The notes beneath the pieces were generated by a model. It made no database searches, had not been told where the DNA came from, and was given only the letters and a program-made list of their open reading frames with translations. Shown here piece after piece: positions 50,101 to 58,900 of a stretch of DNA of 64,000 nt. Position 1 is the first letter of the stretch. Every line of letters begins with the position of its first letter. The stretch covers positions 47,802,001-47,866,000 of the forward strand of contig OX597822.1 of assembly GCA_951406725.2 (NCBI GenBank), in the 5' to 3' direction. This stretch comes from Octopus vulgaris. Lineage: Eukaryota. The position numbers and the translations under genes were made by a program.

Positions 50101-53100
50101 ACGAATAGAGACCCTTCCTGGCCTAACAAAAAGGTTAAGTTCCTCAGAGGTAACTGCTGAAGATATTCATCTTGAATGAGAATGGAATAGAAGATTTAGG
50201 CAGATTAAACTTTATTCTCTTTTTCAGAAAATAGTGGAGGGGAGGCACAGTAGCCATAGATCAGTCCTAAACGAACAGACCAATGAGTAAAGGCATTTCA
50301 GTCTTGAGAAGTATCCTTCCTTTTTTTTAAGATGGTAGCATGTTATCAGAGGGAGATTCATTTGGCTGTTATTTCTAGCAGGTCGAGCAATCATGTAGAT
50401 TGAAGACAAGTATTTAAAGGGAGGTAAGCGCGAGAAGTGTACTTACAGCAAGACACCAGTGCATCTCCAAGTGTATAGGTATAATCAGGTATTTGTGTGC
50501 AAAGATATCTACTTTTCTCGTCCACCGTCGTACACCTTCATATTTGCTGGATAACAGTTTTGGGTAAAAGAACGTGTTGAATGCATAGACTTTTGAGAAA
50601 CCAGGTTCATTACTGCGTTCCATCAGCATACACATATAGAAGTTGATGACCTGAACAAGAAGAAATGTCAGAGATTAGAGGTCAAGCGTACCAAATAACG
50701 CAAGGGAGTTAACTTCTTTCATATAAAAACCCACACACACACACAAAGAGACCTCCACAGTAACACCTTACATTCAATTAATGTTACATAAATAAATGTC
50801 CCGTTGATTGTGATAAGTTTTTGGTTGTTTAAGCAACAAAAATAGCTACTCATCGAGTTATTATGTGCCTGAGTATTCCAGATATCATAATTTAACATCC
50901 AATTTTCCAGGCTTGCATGAGTCAGGCAGATTTTTCAGTTGGATGCCTTTCCACTCGCCAATACTAAAGCATCTCTAAGTTAATATTTCCCTATAGTCAG
51001 ATATGTTTCTCATTGAAGACTGGAAACAACATCACTTGTATGATGGTGATGTTCCTTCTCGAGCCATGCCTGGCTCATAAGGGCCAGTTTCCCGGTTTCC
51101 TTGGCGTATAGGTTCCCCACCTGGACGGGACGCCGGTCTGTCGCAGGTGAGCTGCAAGATGCAGAAGGAAAGAGTGAGAGAAAGTTGTGGTGAAAGAGTC
51201 AGCAGAAGTTTGCCATTACCTTCTACCGGAGCTGCGTGGAGCTTAGGTGTTTCGCTCATAAACACACACATCGCCCAGTCTGAGATTCAAACCCGCAATC
51301 CCTCGACCGCGAGTCCGCTGCTCTAACTACTAGGCCATGTGCCTCCATTATGACGGTGATGCTTATTTCACAACCATCACGTGATGTCTAGTCAAGGGTT
51401 CACACAAACACACATGACAGATTTCTGTAAGTTTCTGCCCCTGCCTACCAAATTCACAAGGCTTTGGTTGGCCTGCAATTATAGCAGAAGAGACTTGCCC
51501 AAGGTGCCACACAGTGGGATTGAACCTAAGACCAAATAGTTGGGAAGCAAGTTCCTTCACCACTCGGTCACACACTTAATGTAAAATTCCCAATCAGACC
51601 CAGTATGACTAGGTTGAACATATGAATAAGAAACTCTATCCACCCGACAGGCTACCATGAACTTTCTATCTACTCAATCCACCCGACAGGCTACCATGTA
51701 CTTTCTACCTACCCAATCCACCTGACAGGCTACCATGTAGTTTCCATCAACCCAATCCACCCAACATATACACACACATGCACATTATATATATATACAT
51801 ACGCGCACACACACACACACCATAGATACAAGTGCATATGCACACACCATATAAATAGAGATACAAGTGCACACATACACACATGCAAACTATGTACACA
51901 GTACATATAGGTGTTCAGAAACACACATACCCATACATCATGTCACATACACTGACACAGACTCAAAAACCCCATGTCACTATACACACATCATATCAAT
52001 GACCCAGTCTACACTTGCAAGGGGCCCACATGTAAGAACTCTACTGCCTCATTGAGCCAGTTCCAGACAATAAACAGATCAGTCGGTTTAGCATAAAGGC
52101 ATTGCACACAAACAATCACAGGGGTTTAGAACATCAAACCCTTACAGCATCATTGAGCCAGTTCAGACGAGAAAGAGTGGCCATGTCCTGTCGTTTCAGC
52201 TGGATGCGGAAAGCGTCGACCAAGACATCATCTGCAGGATATGGTCGCAGTGCAGCATCAATGTCACGCTGCATCAATTCATCAATCCCTGTAAAAGGAA
52301 AGTTAATCAAGTGTGAAGTTGTAGTGCATGGTGTCTGTTTGCAAATGCTGTGCATCACTAGCATTGGTGCATGCAGTGATACACTACAGTTGCAACAAAT
52401 AGATTTTAGCAGAAAAAATAGAAAGTAAGGGCGGCCCTATATTTAAGAGATGAGGAATTATGTACATTATTTATATTATTCATCTTTGTTGTTAAGACGT
52501 TTCCACTGATATACCCTCCAGCCTTCATTGGGTATATGGTGTAGTGGTTTAGAGCACGGGCTACTAACACCAAGATTCCAAGTTCGATTCCAGACAGTGA
52601 CCTTAATAATAATAATAATATATTTCTTTACTACCCACAAGGAGCTAAACACAGAGGGGATGAACAAGGACAGACAAACAGATTAAGTCGTTTACATCTA
52701 CTCCAGTGCATAAAATAATAATATCAAAAAATAACTTAGGAATGAGAACCCAGGTTCGAAATTTCCCCAAGAGACCTGATGAAGGCTGGAGGATATATCA
52801 GCCAAAACGTGATAACAAGAAACAAGATGAGGGTAAATATCCGTCTAATGTAAATAATGAAAGTAAGGGCAGTTTTGAATTTGCACAACTGAAGTTGCAG
52901 GTGGCAGTTTTGTGAAATGTGCAACATGGTAAGAACTGTGTTGAGTCTAAACATGTGTAAAACAGTAGCAATGTAGCATGTGTAACACAGAGTATAGATA
53001 TGTGACAGGAGTAATGCATGAAAAAGAACCTTATGTAACAGAAAGTATAAATGTGTGTATAAGTATTTGAAGACAGGAGTAACATAGAATAGTGGTGTGA

Positions 53101-55766
53101 CAGAAGTGACACAAAGAAAAAGTGTGGTACAGGTAATACACAAGATGACCAGATCTGCAAAGTGTTACCAGATATGTAATACAGTATGATCAAATGTGTG
53201 TCACCAGTAAGCGTGACTAGATATGTGACACTGATAGCAGAGTGACATGTTTAACACAAAGTGACTAGATGCATGAAACCAATAAGTGTAACATGGGTGA
53301 CCAAATATGTGACAGGTGTCACAGTGAGGACCAGATAAGCTCAAGAAGAATCAAAGAGTAAAATAACTTACTTGGCACTAAAGCTTTCTCAGGCTTTAGT
53401 TCGCATTCTGATTGTGGTTCTGGCTCAGGTGCCAGTTCTGTTTCCGGCTCAGGTATGACTGGCACCTCCTTCTGAATAAGCTTTAGTCGTCGCTGGATCT
53501 AATAATAATCACATGATACTAGTCAGTATAGCAGACAGTATGTGTATGTGAGAGAAAGAGGTGGGGTGCAAGTATGTGTGTGTGTGTGTGTGTTTCCAGT
53601 GTTTTAAATCCAAGTTTTGTCCCTGTTAACGGGGGTAGCCAGATCTGCCTCAATGTCATAGCAACCAAGGTAGGCAGGTGCAGCACACCCCAACCTTTGG
53701 GCTGGCTGGTGCCCATTCTCCTTCGCTATCATGAGGCTTTTTTTGTGTGTGTCTTAAGTGTTCCATCAAGAGACCTTTATGTGTCATCATAATTATCACC
53801 ATTTAACATCTGCTCCTCATACTGGCACGGGTTGATCTTGTGTGTTGCAAGTATAGGAATCAGTGTATCATTTAGGTCAGTTCACAGGAGGAGTAAGTAT
53901 TTGTGAAGGTGGAAAGATGATTATATGCTAGGAACAAGCAGAGATAGAGGTATCTTGCTATAGGGAAGATACATGACTAACCTTCATTTATATAAGAGTG
54001 AATGGGTGTACCTGGAAAAAGGTAAGATGGTAGTGATGGAGTGTCAGAGTAAAACCCATCATTTCATTATCAACCCGACTGAAACCACCTCTGGCTCTGT
54101 AGTACAAATGTCTTGTTTTCATAAGTTTTGAATTAAAATCTTCCACCAAACCTTAGTCACAATTTATGTTCTTAACACTAGCTTAATGATAACTAAGTTA
54201 TTTTACTAAATTCTTTGTTTTATTTAAAATCAATTGAAGGAAACACAGAGCATCTCAATAGAAATATGGTAACAAAAGGGTTAACAAATGATTAATTTAA
54301 CCCTTTCGTTACCAATCCAGCTGAAACTGCCTCTGGCTCTGTAGTACAAATGTCTTGTTTTCATAAGTTCTGTATTAAAAACTTCCACCAAACCTTAGTC
54401 ACAATTTATGTTCCTAACCTTAGCTTAGTTTACTAAATTCATTGTCATATTTAAAATTAATTGAAAGACACACAGAGCATCTCAACAGAAATACGGTAAC
54501 AAAAGGGTTAAGGAGCAAGAGATGATACATGCAGTGGATCAGAAGAGGGAGGGGAGGCAGTTACAAGAGTGTGAGGGGATGATTAGAGATGGGAGTAAAG
54601 ATGAAGGCCGTGAGCAGTTCTCTGAATGTGCTGTTTATGTATGACTAATGTAGTTCCTAGTAGGAGTCATTATTTTGTTGTTGATGTTTAAACCCTGATT
54701 AACACTTAAAAGAACTCTAACCATAATCATTCCATGTTTCCTGTGTATTGTATACATAGGCGTATACAGTCTAGTGGAGTGGTTCACTCAACCATTTTAA
54801 TATCCAGGCCAGATCCAAAACCTGGATCTTTTTAGGGATCTCCATCAACAGAAGTAGAACAAAAGTCAATTAAAGAAAAAATTATATCTATAGGCATAGG
54901 AGTGGCTGTGTGGTAAGAAGTTTGCTTTCTAACCACTTGGTTCCAAGTTCAGTCCCATAGCATAGCACCTTGGGCAAGTGTTTTCAACTATCGCCTCGAG
55001 CCAACCAAAGCCTTGTGAGTGGATTTGGTAGATGGAAACTGAAAAAAGCCCATTGTAGGATTTATGTCCACTGTCATTTGACAACCAGTGTTGGTGTGTT
55101 TACGACCCTGTAACTTAGCAGTTTGGTAAAAGAGACCAATAGAATAAGTACTAGGCTTTCAAAGAATAAGTCCTGGGGTCGATTTGTTCTCCAGCATGGC
55201 TATAGTCAAATGACTGAAACAAGTAAAAGAATAAAAGAATAGAGGTAAGACCATCAAGGGCCTCTGGAAGGATGCTTAAGGATCACATGTAGCCTTCGGT
55301 GGGCACAGCTGAGAACTGCTGGCCTAGTGTATCCTTTCGTTTATAGGACTGTAGGATGTAATTTTGGGAGATTTGGCTATTTTTAGCAAGTCAAGCAACA
55401 GCATAGTGGCTCCGTTCTTGGTTGATGGTCAGAATTTATGTACATGACGTCAGACAATGGTGGAGTGTGACATTAACATCATGCTGGCAGTAAAGTGGTC
55501 CGACCCATGCAAGCATGGAAAAGTAAGAATAAAAAGGATGGGGATAATTATGTATATGTATGTGCCCACATTTATAGAAACGTGTGTGTGTGTAAGAAAT
55601 CAAGTTTTACCTCTAACTGTACTCTATGTTCCCGAGATTTCCTCTAATGGTCAGGAGAGAAAGGAAAAAAGAAAAAAAAGAGATATTAGCACCATAAACA
55701 TACAGCACACATACACACCATATTCTCTCTCTCTATATATATATATATATACACACACATACATAC

Positions 55767-55847
<81 letters not shown>

Positions 55848-55939
55848 TATACATATATATATACACACACATACATACCATATTTTATAATATGGTGTGT
55901 ATGTATGTATATATATATATATATACATACACACACCAT

Positions 55940-55982
<43 letters not shown>

Positions 55983-58900
55983 TTTTTTTAAATGAAGAAA
56001 AAATACTGAGTTTCTAAGTTATAGTTAACTGTTTGTCGTAAAATATACTGAAGCATCTTCCATTGAAATTTAAAACAATATACATATATCCATGCATGCA
56101 TACACACACATACATACTACATTAAAAATACATCATCATAAACCTAACTTCTCATAAAGATCACGTCACACTAATGCCTACCTTACAACATCCATTACCA
56201 CATCATACACACTAAACCACACACACAGTGGGTGAAACCAAAATTGTTCAATTTGAATCATATCCAGTCGAAGCTTCTTAAAAGTATTGTTGCATATGAA
56301 GTCTCTGTCAATACATGACTACACTCAGATACCTCACAATCAGACACAACTACAGTCAGGTACCTCACAATTAATCATACACAACTACACTCAAACGTCT
56401 TACAATTAACCATACACAACTACACTCGGACATCTAAAAATTAACCATACACAACTACTCTCGGACGTCTTACAATTAATCATACACAACTACACTCGGA
56501 CATCTTACAATTAATCATACACAACTACACTCGGACATCTTACAATTAATCATACACAACTACACTCGGACATCTTACAATTAATCATACACAACTACAT
56601 CGGACATCTGACAATTAATCATACACAACTACACTCGGACGTCTTACAATTACTCATACATCAAAAAGGATACAATAACCATGGCCTTTGATCAAATGTC
56701 TGCTCAATCAGAGCTGAGCTGTGAATTCAATGTATACAGAGATATGACTATCACACACATACATATGTTATACACTTCAACTACAAGCTGTACACCATAC
56801 ATATCACTATCTACCACACAGTACACTCACCTGTTCTTCTAAAGATTTAACCTTCAGGTGCTCTTCTTCTATTTTCTTTTTCCTCTCCAGATTTGAAGCA
56901 GAGAATTTTGAGACCCTGCCATAACGCAATAAAGAATATATCTTAGTTTATTCACAGACAACGCATTGAAATTTGAAGACTTTAACACTTCAACCTTCAG
57001 ATTACTTTGTCAAATGTAATGCTTATTTATTCACATGGTTTTGAATTATCTTCAAGATTTTGGTGATGTGATTGTTTATTTTTAGAATGGCATTGTAGAG
57101 CAGGTGTGAAAGACCAGATCCAGCTGGTTCAAATGCTAAAGGGTTAAGGTGTGAAATTTGGTTATTACACACCTTCCCCCCCACTTCCACAACCACGTAC
57201 ATGAACACATACACATAAAAATGCTAATTACTAATTGTTTGTTATCAATATTTTCTTTATATTAACCTCAAACATAAATTTGTAGATGATGGTAGATGGA
57301 GAGACGACCACCTGAACACACACACCACACACAATAGCATTCTGTCTTCCAAATCCACTCCCAGAACTTAAGTTGGCCCAGAGGTATAGTAGAAGACACT
57401 TGCTCAAGCAGTTATTGCAGTGTGATTGAACAAGACAGCATGGCTGGTAATCAAGCATCTTAACCTCACGGCCAAGCCTGTGCAGATGTGTAATTATTTT
57501 AATATTTTACACCCACTTTTTCTTGGTTCAGGCTTACTTGTTAGAGGAGCAACCAAGGTTATGGCTGGATGATGAAAAGTTTTGTATAAGAAATTCAAGC
57601 ATCAACTGTTATTTCCTCAGCTGTGAAGTATATCCACCACAAGGTCCAATCCTTGTTGCAGTTAATAGCTTGTGTGCTTCAATGACCCTGAGGGCTATGT
57701 CAGTGGAGCGCAAGTTCCTGTATGGCCTCTCATGCTGGACAGGTCAAAAGATAGAGGCCAGACTTATATGAAGCACCTCTTATCAGAGGTAAAAATGGGT
57801 TTGCATAGGGCCAACACCTCTACTGAGAAAAAGGCCAAGTGACAGAAACATCAGTGACAATCAAAACCAACCAGACCTGGAAGAGGAAGGCTTTCCCTTT
57901 AGGGAATATATGGTGAAGAGTAACAAAATCAAATAGAAACAAATAGGGATCTAACTGGAGAGACAGCCCAGATCCCAGAGTTGAGAAGAGAGAAAAGTCA
58001 TCAAGGACCTGAGTTCTAAAGAGGTGAAGTGATTAATTAATTAAAAAATTATTACACATACACAGAGGTAGTAGTATGAAGGGCAATAAGGATAAAATAG
58101 CAAAAATGGAATGACAAGAAAGAACCTGATACTCACAGCTCTTCCATCCAATGTTCATTTAGAATTTTTATTGCTTTCATGTTTGGAGCTGATGAAGTAC
58201 TAAACATACAAAAATAAAAGGAGAAAAAAATATTATTTCAAAAATTAAAAATAAGACAATACACAAAGAAATAAAAATAAATTATAGCTAATCAAGCTGG
58301 CAGGCAAGACTTAAAGTTCCAATCAACATGTTTGTAATAAATTTTATTTGATTCTTAGTATTAATCTTTCTCCATCGTCAACAAACGTTCCATTGATACT
58401 CTTAAACCTATTTGAAAATGAAAACTGCAATTTAAGATTTAATTTAAATTTTAAGAAATAAATAGAAAACAAATAAATGAAAAATGTAAATGAATGAATG
58501 AATGTGAGGCAGTAGAGCAATAAACTGACACTGTCAGTCGTGATGATGAAGGATCCAGTTGATTTGATCAACAGATCAGCCTGCTTGTGAAATTAACGTG
58601 CAAATGGCTGAGTACTCCACAAACACACGTACTCTTAATGTAGTTCTCAGGGAGATTTAGCATGACAGAGGGTGACAAGGCTAGCCTTTCGAATTACAGG
58701 TACTAATCATTTTTGCCATGTGAAGGTGCATGGCTCAGTGGTTAGAGCGTCAAGCTTACGATCGTGAGGTTGTGAGTTCGATTCCCGGACTAGGCTGCAT
58801 GTTGTGTTCTTGAGCAAGACACTTTTATTTCATGTTGCTCGAGTTCACTCAGCTGTAGAAATGGTGCCAAGACGTATCAGCCTTTGCCTTTCCCTTGGAT

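Noticed and set aside
55457-56017. Longest ORF in the track (186 aa) and similar YI/CV/HT/RE-rich ORFs
   Set aside because: They are translations of dinucleotide microsatellites that happen to lack stops.
56318-56659. 35-bp repeat array as a CRISPR
   Set aside because: Units are contiguous with no unique spacers, there are no cas genes, and the context is a eukaryotic intron.
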